Shown: positions 40,679 through 51,181, counted from the stretch's first letter. The stretch is 64,000 nt of DNA from an uncultured Chloroflexia bacterium (GCA_963821815.1 CAWGFG010000005.1:26956-90955), one strand, 5' to 3'. Program-made: numbers and translations. Notes: a model not told the origin generated them from the letters alone.

Positions 40679-41204
40679 CTACTTGCCGCCATCCCGATCT
40701 GCCGGAATGTAGGGGATGAGTCCTTTGGCGAACGCAATCTCCTGCACTTCACGTGGCGCATGCCGCACATCTACGATTAGGCCATTCACTTCAAGCATCC
40801 AAACCAGCGGATTCTCATCGATAAGGCTGGGCAGACTCCAGTCTGGATCCAGCTGATACATATCGAACATATCACGGATAAGTCGGGCCTTGTTTGAACC
40901 ACTGCTCTTGCTGACGCCAAACGCGGCGCATAGCTCATCTGCCGCGCATATGTGGGTCTTGGCTCTTGTCAAAGAGGAAGTTGACGGTACCCAGCGCGTA
41001 GACAATACCACATGCCCAGATTTCAGGCTTCCCGCGCACGATGGGAGAAGGGCGCTTTCGTGCCAATTTCGCCGCCAGCTTGCGTGACAGCGTAGCATAC
41101 TCGGCACTCAAATGTTCGTCGCAAACGGCATCTATCGATTTAACGATTGCCAGGTAGTGGGGCTCAACCGATTTTGGAACGGAGTCCGTTGATTGTGCTG
41201 TCAT
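40679..41204 (-). pseudogene. hypothetical protein (DUF6398-like), one frame change near 40945
   Basis: MTAQSTD...LAAKLARKRPSPIVRGKPEIWACGIVYALGTVNFLFDKSQDPH continues in another frame as ...AADELCAAFGVSKSSGSNKARLIRDMF...GLIPYIP. Confidence 0.45.
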
Positions 41205-41266
41205 GTAGAAACAACCTCTCTTCGCGTACGTCAAGGCGATCGGATGCAGTCGACACCGCCTCAATC

Positions 41267-41950
41267 TTACCAGACATCTGCAACAAGCAGGTAGCGGGTT
41301 CGGCGGGCATGCTCGACATAGCCGGGGAGTTCAGCCTGCAAGGTGCGATCTTCCAGGATCGTGCGCAGAATCAACAATGACGCAGCAGGCACACTCAGCG
41401 CAAGTGCCCACCACGAGGTCAGAAGGATCGGGGTTGCGACAGCAGTCAGGATCGTACCCGTGTAGCCCGGGTGACGCACAAAGCGGTACGGCCCACCGGT
41501 CGCTACCTCATGGCATCGCTCTGTCTGAATGCGGACAATCTGCGAAAAGTAGACATTCGCTGCGGTCGCCCACACGACAAGCGCATAACCGCAGCAGCAG
41601 ACGACGAACGCACCGATTTGAGCCACAATGCCGATTCCGGTGCTCCAGCCAAAGCGATGATCCAGTCCGGCGATCACGAGGCACGGCACGCTGCATCACT
41701 CCGTAGATGCCCATGATGATGGTATCCCAACGCCTCGCACCCTTGGACGGCCGAGCCGTTCGTCCAGCCGTTCAGGGCTGTGTCGGAACGTCACAACGGC
41801 AGTGGCGACAATCCATGCACTGATGACGCTGAGCAGCGCCCATGCCGGCAGCCAGTCGATCTCACCCGCCGACCAGAAGAGCGCCACACCCGTGAGGGTG
41901 ACACCTAGGGTCTCGCGCAAGGCAAAACGGGCAATGGTCTTCGTGTTCAT
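41267..41950 (-). pseudogene. isoprenylcysteine carboxyl / phospholipid methyltransferase-family membrane protein, interrupted
   Basis: C-terminal VRHPGYTG...EDRTLQAELPGY..Y...TRYLL. The ORFs 41696..41950 and 41267..41689 share one frame, separated by TGA at 41696..41698. A short stretch reads better in another frame. Confidence 0.65.
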
Positions 41951-42168
41951 GAGGTTTCGCGCTCAATTGACTGTGCTGGCGAGTCGATCAGTTCAAAGGG
42001 GACCAATGACATGTCAATCCAAACAGGCTTCATTCCCGGCAGGAACAACCCACGACTGATTCACTTCTACGACCCCACCAAGAGGTGGTTGGTGAGGTAT
42101 TGGGGCTTGCGGTTGGGTCCATGTTTGGGCTGTCGTACCTGGAGCTCTCACCTTCGATTCCTGAACGC

Positions 42169-42708
42169 CTAGCGCAACGGGGAGCGAAAACTGTCGTTTA
42201 GATCTTTGAACGTGTGTCTGTGCTCCTGCTCAAGGGTTTCCCTGGACGGCGCGAGCAAGGGCAGCGACATCATCTTCTCCTGCGCGCGCGCCATGACCAC
42301 GCCATCTTCGCCCCTGAATACGGTGAACCGGAACCGGGCGTTGACGATGCCGCCCAGGGCCACCCCCATGGCATCGAAGACCATTTCGCCGTCTTCGCCG
42401 GTAGCGGTGTCCGGGGACGACGACTCGAGAACATGACAGCGGATTTTCATGAACCGTCCAACCTTCACGACATACTCATCGCCCGTCTTGAGTGGTTCTG
42501 TGGCTGGGGGAACCACGATGGTAGCGACGTTCTTGCCCCGTATCTTGCTCTCTGACCTCCACTTGCCCCAGTCCGTCTGAGTCGCAATCCTTTCCCATCC
42601 CGCCTCGACGTTCGGGCAGTTGGGAAGGGGTTCGGTAACCGTGACCGTCCAGTCTACATCGGCCGGCGCTACTGTCGAAACATCCGGCCGCCAAGGCAAT
42701 CGTTTCAC
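42169..42708 (-). CDS. hypothetical protein (possibly SRPBCC-like)
   Basis: Intact 179-aa ORF with protein-like composition. The fold assignment is a weak impression only. Confidence 0.35.
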   Translation of the reverse strand: MKRLPWRPDVSTVAPADVDWTVTVTEPLPNCPNVEAGWERIATQTDWGKWRSESKIRGKNVATIVVPPATEPLKTGDEYVVKVGRFMKIRCHVLESSSPDTATGEDGEMVFDAMGVALGGIVNARFRFTVFRGEDGVVMARAQEKMMSLPLLAPSRETLEQEHRHTFKDLNDSFRSPLR

Positions 42709-42747
42709 TAGAACCTCCTAGACCTGCTCGCTTCTGCGTTCTCGCCA

Positions 42748-43161
42748 TCAGACCCTAGGTGTCGATCCGGCCGCAAAGCATCGTACAATCGTCGAGGATC
42801 GGAAATGCAAGGTCATTGGCTCCAAGCTTCGGTCTACAGTCGGGGCCGAAGCATCCACCGACACCATAAAGACTTGCGCTCCCTGTTCAGTCAGCAACTG
42901 CGCCAGCTGGTTGATCTCGGGGTTGTACGGCAGGTTATCCACTCAGGTGACCAGCAGACAGCCCTGCGGCGGCAGCGCCTGCACCACCGTCCGCCAGTGG
43001 GGGATGTTCTGAAGCAATCTGGTGAGCACTTGCTGTGGATTGTACAAGTTGAGCAATGAGATTTCTTGTATGGACCGATTATAGCCCACTCCGCGGCGAA
43101 TTGCCACCGTTGAAACCGGAATCTTGGTCTGGCCTATTTGCGCAATGAGATGACGCAACAA
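42748..43161 (-). pseudogene. methyltransferase-like fragment with in-frame TGA
   Basis: ...VVQALPPQGCLLVT-TGA-VDNLPYNPE... The two ORFs (42943..43161 and 42748..42942) are contiguous in one frame. The N-terminus is missing at the left-end-like repeat. Confidence 0.3.
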
Positions 43162-43180
43162 GCGAACGATATTTCCGTCA

Positions 43181-43226
43181 TCCCATCGAAAAGTACCCTG
43201 GCACTTTTCTATGGATCGCGAATGGC
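43181..43226 (-). repeat. inverted partial copy of the tnpA-upstream motif
   Basis: cccatcgaaaagtaccctggcacttttctatggatcgcgaatggcg matches the reverse complement of 38249..38300, with an internal gap. Confidence 0.6.
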
Positions 43227-44034
43227 GAGTCTGATGCTCTGCCGCCTGTCTTCAGTTCTACGTTTCATCTGACATCTCGAGTACTTCCCCTGAAACGGGC
43301 GGCATGGACTGGCGAGTTTCCTCTGGAACGCTCGTCAAGTCATTCGATTCGCTTTCGTACTTAAAAACTGACGAGCGCGTTTCTGGCGCCGTCAGTCTGC
43401 TTATCGCCATTTCCCTCCAGGATACGGTGCCCACCCATCCGCCAATCAATCCCCAGGCAAACAGGCCCAAGCCCTCACTCTTGACTGGCGATGTCAAAAG
43501 GTTGACTCCTTCCATACGCAGCTTCTACTTCCGGCGCTGACAGTCGGCGAGAGACGACCCGCAGCCAGACTGCTTCCTGCTTGTCCCCAAGAAATAATGA
43601 GGCCTACGGAGCGTGGTCTGTAGTCCGCTTTTTCGTGTTTTTCCAAGGCGTTATGTCAATGTGTAACGGGCAAATCGCGCTGAAGATGAGATCTGCTATA
43701 CTTGACGGTGAAGACCAGCTCAAATGTTCTGAGGGCTCATGAGCACAGGTTCGAGCCTGACGAATCTGGGTGAGAAGTGAACGTTACTGGGCGACCGGCT
43801 ACAGACGTGTCTGGAACGACTGAGCAAGGAAGCGAAAGTTTCATCACTCCAATGGTATGAGGTGCAGTCTAGCGTTTGTCACAACGAAGTGGGTGTTCTT
43901 GTACGGTTGGATTTGGCACGTTGTTCGGAATTGGATATTCCTGTGGCTTGTCGCGACCTGCAGATTCTATCGAAGGGTCGCTCTCTGGCCATGGAAACCG
44001 GGACCCTCGCGCAGGTCGCGCAAGGAAGAAAGTC

Positions 44035-44829
44035 ATGAAGGTTAGCAAAGGTAGGAACTTATCGACAAACGGCACGAACCGATCGAGCGCTAAGCCGGTC
44101 GGGAAATCAAACGCATTAGCTGTACAGTCATCGAACGATCCGTCGAGTCCACAGCCATGGGACATGCAGCCCTGGGACACTTCGACTTCGTTCCATCGCT
44201 TCAGCCAGTTCTACCTGGCGCAACAACCCGCGCGCTCGCTAGTCGAGGCGTATAGACGGTACAGGATCGGATCAGGATCGGATCAGGATCGAGTCCAGCG
44301 CATTAAAACGGCCCCAGGCGTTTGGAACAATTGGGCGTACGGTCGTGATAGCCATGGCCAACCCATCTCCGGCGCCCTGACTTGGGCCGAGCGCGCCCGC
44401 GCCTATGATGTCGAGCAGGCGCGCCAGGCGCAAATCGAATACGAAGCGAAATGGAGGAGGCGGCAGCAGGAGCTGAGGGAGTCAGAGTGGCAAACAGGGA
44501 CTCAGCTATTGGAGCGTGGCGAACGCATGCTCAAATCCATACTCTTCGAAGAGCAGGTCGATGAAACGGTCAGCGCTGACGGCACGACCCACATCACCAA
44601 CATTACCTACGGGCCCACCAAATGGAGCGAAAGGGACATTTTGGCGACACTGCGGCTTGCGTCCGATCTGCGGAGGCGCGGGGCCGGCGAAGCGCCCACC
44701 AACCCGCGACCCGAAGTTGACTGGCGTGAGCAAGCGCGCAAGGCCGGCTTTGACCCTGACCAGCTGATGGACGATCTTTTTCAGGTACTGGCGGAGCAAT
44801 ATATGACTGGCGGTGACCAAAATGGCTGA
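44035..44829 (+). CDS. terminase small-subunit-like protein, copy B
   Basis: ATG at 44035 follows AAGGAAG. Paralog of 22819..23544. Its stop overlaps the large-terminase start (ATGGCTGA). Confidence 0.55.
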   Translation: MKVSKGRNLSTNGTNRSSAKPVGKSNALAVQSSNDPSSPQPWDMQPWDTSTSFHRFSQFYLAQQPARSLVEAYRRYRIGSGSDQDRVQRIKTAPGVWNNWAYGRDSHGQPISGALTWAERARAYDVEQARQAQIEYEAKWRRRQQELRESEWQTGTQLLERGERMLKSILFEEQVDETVSADGTTHITNITYGPTKWSERDILATLRLASDLRRRGAGEAPTNPRPEVDWREQARKAGFDPDQLMDDLFQVLAEQYMTGGDQNG

Positions 44830-47004
44830 GAATGATTTGGGCGCCATCAACCCCAACACAATCGACGCAATCTTCCGCCGGCTCTTCCAGCACATTCAGG
44901 CGCAGCAGAACGAGCGCAAGCTCTATACGCCGGACAAGTACGTTCGCTATCGTGAGGATACGGTGCGTTTCGGCGTGGAGATACTGGGCGAGACCTTCAC
45001 GCCCGATATCGTCCGCGTCATGGAGTCGGTGCGCGACAACCAGGTGACTATCGCCCGCAGCGGGAATGGAACGGGCAAGTGCCTGGAACGGGACGAGTTG
45101 ATCCATCTGGCCGATGGGTCGAGGATCGCGGCCGGCGAGCTGGTGGGGCGCAGCTTCCAGGTTCACTCGGTCGATGAGCGGCTCAACGTGCGGGTGAGCA
45201 CGGCCTACGCGACGGACAACGGCGTGGAGCCGGTCGTGCGCGTCACCACGACCACGGGACGCAGTATCGTCCGCACCCTCAACCATCCGCTGTTGTCGGC
45301 GGACTCGCACTTCGACCCTGGGCGGACGCCTCGGATTGGAAGGCCCCATTGGACTGAGGCAGGGAGCCTGCAAGTCGGCGATGTGGTCATGACCGTATCC
45401 GTTGCGCCGGCAGACGGCCATCGTTCGGTGGATGCGCACGAGATTCGCATCCTAGACCATCCGATCGGCGACGGAGCGCCAAGCGGCCATCTGCCCGTTC
45501 CCTTTGTCTGGGAACAGGTTGTGAGTGTCGAGCTGTTGCCGCCGGCGCCGACGGTGGCGATTACCGTGCCGGGAGACGAGACCTTTCTGACTGACTTCGT
45601 GGAGCACAACACACACGCCGCGGCCCGCATCGCAGTCTGGTGGTATCTCTGCTTCCACCGCGTGCAAGTCTACACCACCGCAGCGCCGCCGGCGAGCAAC
45701 CTGCGCAACCTGCTGTGGGGTGAGATCGGCACCCTGGTAGCCGCCCACCCAGAGCTTTTTCAGAGCAGCATCGTCACGGACATGATGATCAAGCGGGCGG
45801 AACAGGAGTTTATAACCGGCGTCCTGGTGCCCAGCAGCGGTCTGGCCTCCGAACGCCAGGCTCGCTTCTCCGGCAAACATGCACCCAACCTGCTCTTTAT
45901 CGTGGATGAGGGCGATGCGGTGCCTGATCCGGTCTACGACGGCATCGAGTCCTGTATGTCGGGTGGCCACACGCGGCTTCTCGTCACCTTCAACCCGCGC
46001 GATCGCACGGGTCCCATCTACCGCAAGGAGCGGGAGAACCAGGCCAATGTGGTGGAGTTGTCGGCCCTGAATCATCCCAACGTGGTGAAGGGCGAGAACT
46101 ATCTTTCCCGGCGCCGTGGACCGGGAGACGACCGTGCGCCGCATCAACGAGTGGACGCGCCCGCTACAGGAGACCGAGGTGGTGGACGGCCAGAGCTTCG
46201 AACTCCCCGACTATCTGGTCGGCGTGGTAGGCTCTGACCGCCGCGGAAACAAGTACCCGTCGCTGCCGCCGGGCTGGCGCAGGGTGACCCAGAACCAGTT
46301 TTCGCACATGGTGCTGGCCCGCTACCCGGCGGCTTCTTCCACCCAGTTGATCAGCGAGGAGTGGGTCAACAACGCCGTCTCTCGCTGGTGCACCCATGTG
46401 GCCAAGCACGGCGAGATACCGCTGCGTGGAATCAATGGCATCTTCGGCGTGGATGTGGGCGAGTACGGCTCAGACCCCTCGGTGCTCTGCATGCGCTACG
46501 GTGGCTGGGTGGCCCCCATGCAGCAGTGGTATCACACGGACGTCCTGACGACCGGCGATATGGTGGCCGACGCGTACGTGACCTACAACGGGTTCCGAGT
46601 GAACGTAGACGCCACCGGCGTGGGCGCGGGCGTTTCGCCTCAGATAAGGCGTTGTTTCCGGGCCAAGAAGATCGCCTTACCGCACGGGCGACGTGGTGGC
46701 GGTCAAGGTGGCGGAGAAAGCCACGAAGAAGCTGGAGATGGGCGAGTTCGCCCAGATGCGCGACCAGCTGTGGTGGTCGGTGCGGGAGTGGCTGCGGGAC
46801 GATCCGGGGGCCATGCTGCCGCCGGACGAGGAGTTGCGCGAGGAACTGCTGGCGCCGCTCTACTACTTTGACGACCACCGTCGCATTAAGGTCGCCAGCA
46901 AGGACACCCTGCGCGGCCAGTTGGGGCGCAGTCCCAACAAGGCCGACGCCTTGGCGTTGACCTTTGCGCCGGAAGGCAAACGCGTGTTGGTGGCCATTAT
47001 CTAG
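44822..47004 (+). pseudogene. terminase large subunit copy B, with intein and two +1 frame changes
   Basis: Walker A SGNGTGK[intein]T, Walker B LLFIVDEGD, nuclease [10 protein letters not shown] / VDATGVGAG / NKADALAL. Three frames (44813.., 46116.., 46693..) join by removing one base at about 46104 and one T at 46677-78. Confidence 0.85.
45080..45610 (+). other. 177-aa mini-intein inside the terminase P-loop
   Basis: Begins CLERDELIHLADG (block A, Cys1). Block B VRTLNHPLL (TxxH). Ends TVAITVPGDETFLTDFVEHN with a +1 Thr. Removing it restores GNGTGKT. No endonuclease-sized insert. Confidence 0.8.
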
Positions 47005-47457
47005 CGGGTTCGAGTCCGTTTCTGCAGACGTATGCGGAACGGATGCGAACATAGTGAGAGCGGTCGGGCTGGCAACGAACGGGCTGGCATCGTTCGGACG
47101 GTCATCCGATCTGATCTTCAGCCAGTGCGCAGCGAGGGTTGCGAGTCGATCGGCCGCTAGGCCGATTGGAGCAGCACTTGTCACGGGCAGGCCACTGGCT
47201 ACGCTCCCAGTCACTGGCAGCGCATTCCTACAGTTTTCTGTATCAACCTGGTACTGTTCGTAGGTTAACGGAATGTTCGTGTCGGCGTACCATTTTTCCC
47301 TTACCCAGCACTCTTATCTGTCACAGCGACGAATAGCCTAGTCGGATCAGCCAGAAGTCCCTCACGCCCTGGATCACAGTTCAGTACAATCGATATTTGT
47401 GAACGGATCCATTTGATGCTGCTCCGAGTTTGATTCAATCGTCTGTGAGGGCTCCTG

Positions 47458-48663
47458 ATGTCGTTCTTGTGCATACCGCTTTTGCGCATGCGGTTCTTCT
47501 TCATCGTTGTACTGATTCCTGTGCTGTCTGTCTGTTGGACTACTCCTGTAAGCGCCCAAGTAGAAACCCCGAAGACGCAGTACCTGCCTTCGATCTCTCT
47601 CAATGACAACGGCAGCTGGGCGTGGACAACGAGCGAATCGCTGTCGCTGGAGCCTAGCCCAAGGAATACACCCGTATTGGCCGTCGACAGTCTGGGACGA
47701 GTCCATGCATTGTGGGATACGAGGGAGACGCCCCACTATATATACCACACATACCAAACACATGCGGGTTGGACGGAACCGAAACCAGTATTTGAATCAT
47801 TGGGCGCGTCATCCATACTCCACAAGCCTCTAGTCCTTGACGACGGAACGCTGCACCTGATCTGGCGCACAAACCTCGGTCGTGATGTTGATGACCACAA
47901 TCGACTACTGTATTCTGTCTTTGATGGCTACGAATGGCGCGCCATAGACGAAATCTATGGGTCTGATACTTCATGGGTTCAAGGAATGGTCCACACGACG
48001 GCGGATGGTGAAATACGTCTAACAGTGATTGATGGGTCCTTGTCTGCACATGCCATACAAATGACCCCGAATGGTTCTGGCTGGAGCAGGACTGAGCCGA
48101 TCTCACCAGGATTTATCTCTTCTTGGGTCTGGCCAGACATGGAAGGCGGAATTCGCTTTTATGGAAAGACCGGATCGCAAGGATTGCTTTTTACCCACTG
48201 GAAGGAAGGGGTGCTGGTGCAGGACAAAATGCGAATGACCGCACCAGGTTCTTTGCAGGGAACGAGCCTGGACTCCAATAATAACCTACATTTCTATTGG
48301 AAAGGTCAAGCGCCGGTACCAGGTGGTACTGAGGATGGGTTATTCTATCAGTGCTTGCGAAGCGATCTCACCTTAGAGCCAGAGCGTATTCTGAGCGGAT
48401 ACAACAAGATAATCTATTCGATGATTGGTGCGACTGATCGTACCGGTCAGTTCGCCTTGCTGTGGAATGAAGAAAATCGCGGGTACAGACTTGGTCTATG
48501 GCAGGGGTGCCTACAGGTTGGAGTCAGACAAGTGCCCATTCACCCTGGGTACACCGTAGTAACCACCGCTCTGTATGGCTCCCCCGACAAATTCTGTGTT
48601 CTCCTGCAAAACAGCGATAGTCACTACAAAACTGTCTGTGCAACGTATGTGCGAGCGAACTAA
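47458..48663 (+). CDS. secreted hypothetical protein, 401 aa
   Basis: Signal peptide (FFFIVVLIPVLSVCWTTPVSAQ). Repetitive W/Y/G-rich strands suggest a beta-propeller-like fold. No named motif recognised. Confidence 0.5.
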   Translation: MSFLCIPLLRMRFFFIVVLIPVLSVCWTTPVSAQVETPKTQYLPSISLNDNGSWAWTTSESLSLEPSPRNTPVLAVDSLGRVHALWDTRETPHYIYHTYQTHAGWTEPKPVFESLGASSILHKPLVLDDGTLHLIWRTNLGRDVDDHNRLLYSVFDGYEWRAIDEIYGSDTSWVQGMVHTTADGEIRLTVIDGSLSAHAIQMTPNGSGWSRTEPISPGFISSWVWPDMEGGIRFYGKTGSQGLLFTHWKEGVLVQDKMRMTAPGSLQGTSLDSNNNLHFYWKGQAPVPGGTEDGLFYQCLRSDLTLEPERILSGYNKIIYSMIGATDRTGQFALLWNEENRGYRLGLWQGCLQVGVRQVPIHPGYTVVTTALYGSPDKFCVLLQNSDSHYKTVCATYVRAN

Positions 48664-48732
48664 TGGGCTACGCCGTACACCCATTCGTTGCCCTCTACGG
48701 AACGGGACAACACGTTCAGCAATCTTTGTTGC

Positions 48733-50539
48733 TGCCCCGGTATAGTGGCTCTCAGGCACTTTTCGTGCAAGGTTACGTTATTTAGAGAATGCTAAACTGC
48801 AGCCATTAACGTTTTTGGTGATATTCAAGGCATCAAAGAGAGGTGGCTGCAGACATGATTCCCATTTGTCTTCCTGGTTGTCAGATTGAGGCTGTTGAGA
48901 AAAATGAGACCGACCTGGTGATAAAGGCACGTACGACGAAGAAAAGTTGCCCGCTGCCCAAAACGTGAGCATGCATGCTAGCCGAATCCATAGTCGATAT
49001 AGTCGTTCGCCTCATGACCTACCGGTCAGTGAGCATACTGTACGCTTAGTGTTACATGCACGGCGTTTTCGCTGCCCTAACACTGAGTGTTCCAAGAGCA
49101 CATTTGTCGAACGCCTTGCTGGTTTGCTGCCGTACTATGGACGAAGGACGCACCGGTTGACGCGAGCGCTGCGCAGTGTCGGACGCGCACTGGGTGGTGA
49201 AGCCGGCGTGCGTCTATTGCAGCATTTGAGGATGCATTCAAGTCCGAGAACGTTGCTACGCATCGTCCGCCAACAAGTGGTGAGAGCGATAGAAACGCCT
49301 CGGGTTCTCGGCGTCGATGACTGGGCAATCAGAAAGGGCCGCACGTATGGAACGATTCTGGTCGATCTTGAGCGTCGTCAGACTGTTGATCTCCTCCCGG
49401 GCCGAGATGCTGAGACACTGACAAAATGGCTTCAAGAGCATCAAGGTATCGAAATCATAGCCCGCGATCGCTCGACAGAGTATATTCGTGCCATCAACAA
49501 CGGCGCACCATCGGCCCAACAGGTCGCGGGTGCCCTTTGGGCGCGATGGCACTTGCTTCAGAATCTGCGCCAGATGCTAGAGCGCTGCCTAAATCGTCTG
49601 CTCACTGATCGTAAGACATTGCCGTTGTTACGTATAGCGCCAAGCCTAGCCATACCAAGCAGAGCCGGTCCGTTTTTGCGCTCTCGCGCCGAGCGTAAGT
49701 CGGGTGCGGCCACCCACAGGAAATGGATGCAAATCCATCAAGAGGTGCATCGTCTGCATCGTGACGGGCACAACATTTCACAGATCTCACGCACTCTGCA
49801 GATAGATCGCAAAATCGTCCGTAAATACCTGTCAATGGCACAGCTCCCAGTACGGGCGCGACATCCTGTACGGATGAGCACATTGGACCCCTATCTAGCC
49901 CATCTGGTTACACGGTTCCACGAGGGATGTACGAATGGCATGCAACTGTGGCGAGAAATTCGTGAACAAGGATATGCTGGCGGTTATGGTCAGGTGATTC
50001 GGTGGCTCAAGAAGCATCGTCAGCAGTTAGAGACGCCAACTGCACATCCGCATGATCCATCAACTGACCGGACGGGAAACAGTGCACCTGAGGCGTCAGC
50101 ATCGCTCAAGCTTCCCTCAAACAGGCAGCTGAGTTGGCTACTCTTGCTGGATGCGGGTTCTTACCTTGGTCACGATGCAGATTTGGTGTACTCACTTCAG
50201 CAATATCCTGTGTTGAACGACTTACAGCAACTCGTACAACGCTTCAAAACAATCGTTCGAGAGCGCAAATCAACTGCACTGGACACCTGGCTCAGTGATT
50301 GCGCGACAAGTGAATTTCCTGAACTTCAGACATTCGCCACAGGTCTCATGCACGACTACTCAGCAGTTCGTGCCGCTGTGGAAACTGACTGGAGTAACTG
50401 GGCAGACTGAAGGTCACGTCAACCGACTCAAAACCTTGAAGCGGCAAATGTACGGTCGGGCAAATCTTGATCTGTTACGGATTCGCCTTCTGAACCCGAT
50501 CTAGCACGAAATATGCCGGAGAGCCACCGAACCGGGGCA
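48733..50539 (+). mobile_element. ISL3-family element with ~36-bp imperfect terminal inverted repeats; transposase frameshifted
   Basis: Left IR tgccccggtatagtggctctcaggcacttttcgtgc, versus the reverse complement of the right IR tgccccggttcggtggctctccggcatatttcgtgc. The transposase (48855..50504) is in three frames; the C-terminal SNG-QTEGHVNRLKTLKRQMYG is restored by removing one T near 50395. Confidence 0.85.
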
Positions 50540-50577
50540 GTAACAGTAGGACATCACGTACTAAGAGATCGTACGTC

Positions 50578-50934
50578 TTAGGCTTGTATTCGTAAATCAC
50601 GAGTCACAAGTAAGAGATTCTCTTCCTGAGCTTGTGCTATTAGTATTCTGTCAAACGGATCCTTGTGATAGGGTGGCAATCTCTCAACTGCCAATGCATG
50701 TCCCGTTGTGATGCTAAGCGGAGTGAAACGGTGCAACCGAAGCTCCTCCAGATAGTCGCCCTCTAGAACTTCTAACTTGCCTAACGTCCGCTTAAGCGAG
50801 ATTTACCAGGCGGTGGCTGCACTGACGAAAACAATATTGTGTCCGTCTACAATTGCTTCTCTCGCAGCCAATGAAAGTTTTGGATTATTATCGACCGCCC
50901 ACAGGAATACGTGTGTATCAAGTAATAGATTCAT
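50578..50934 (-). pseudogene. vapC: VapC (PIN) toxin with premature TAA
   Basis: MNLLLDTHVFLWAV...SAATAW-TAA-ISLKRTLGKLEV...HKDPFDRILIAQAQEENLLLVTRD. The stop at 50803..50805 sits where Glu is expected. Confidence 0.8.
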
Positions 50935-51181
50935 CTTCCTCTTTCTCGCCGGTAAACAGTTGAACATATTCTTCAGGCAAATCATCAAAGTCATCAGCCA
51001 TCCAGATGTTGCCCTGCCAATTGCCTGCACCTAGTTTACGGGGTGCAGTATCTAGATCGTAAGGAACAAGCTTCGCTACAGGCTTACCCGCCTTGCCGAT
51101 GATGACCTCTTCACCTTTTAGTGTCTTTTCAATCAATTTAGACAGACTGGCTTTTGCCTCAGTTATGTTAGTTATTTGCAT
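50918..51181 (-). CDS. Phd/YefM-type antitoxin of the VapC locus
   Basis: MQITNITEAKASLSKLIEKTLKGEEVIIGKAGKPVAKLVP. AAGGAG RBS. Overlaps the vapC start. Confidence 0.8.
   Translation of the reverse strand: MQITNITEAKASLSKLIEKTLKGEEVIIGKAGKPVAKLVPYDLDTAPRKLGAGNWQGNIWMADDFDDLPEEYVQLFTGEKEEDESIT

Noticed and set aside
41696-42945. TGA recoding (selenocysteine or Trp/Gly reassignment) to explain the in-frame TGAs
   Set aside because: Several well-supported genes in the window terminate at TGA exactly where homologs end. I saw no SECIS-like hairpin, and the surrounding genes are decayed by other means as well.
43755-47025. Two GGTTCGAG(C/T)C motifs (about 43759 and 47007) bracketing terminase module B, possibly tRNA-derived att remnants
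   Set aside because: They share only about 11 of 13 nt. Neither is part of a foldable tRNA, and the second lies immediately after the terminase stop. The match is too short to distinguish from chance without a genome-wide search.
44603-47214. Long minus-strand ORFs over terminase copy B (44603..45439, 45452..46147, 46432..47214)
   Set aside because: They are antisense to a gene with clear terminase motifs. Their compositions (R/A/G/P-rich) are typical of shadow frames.
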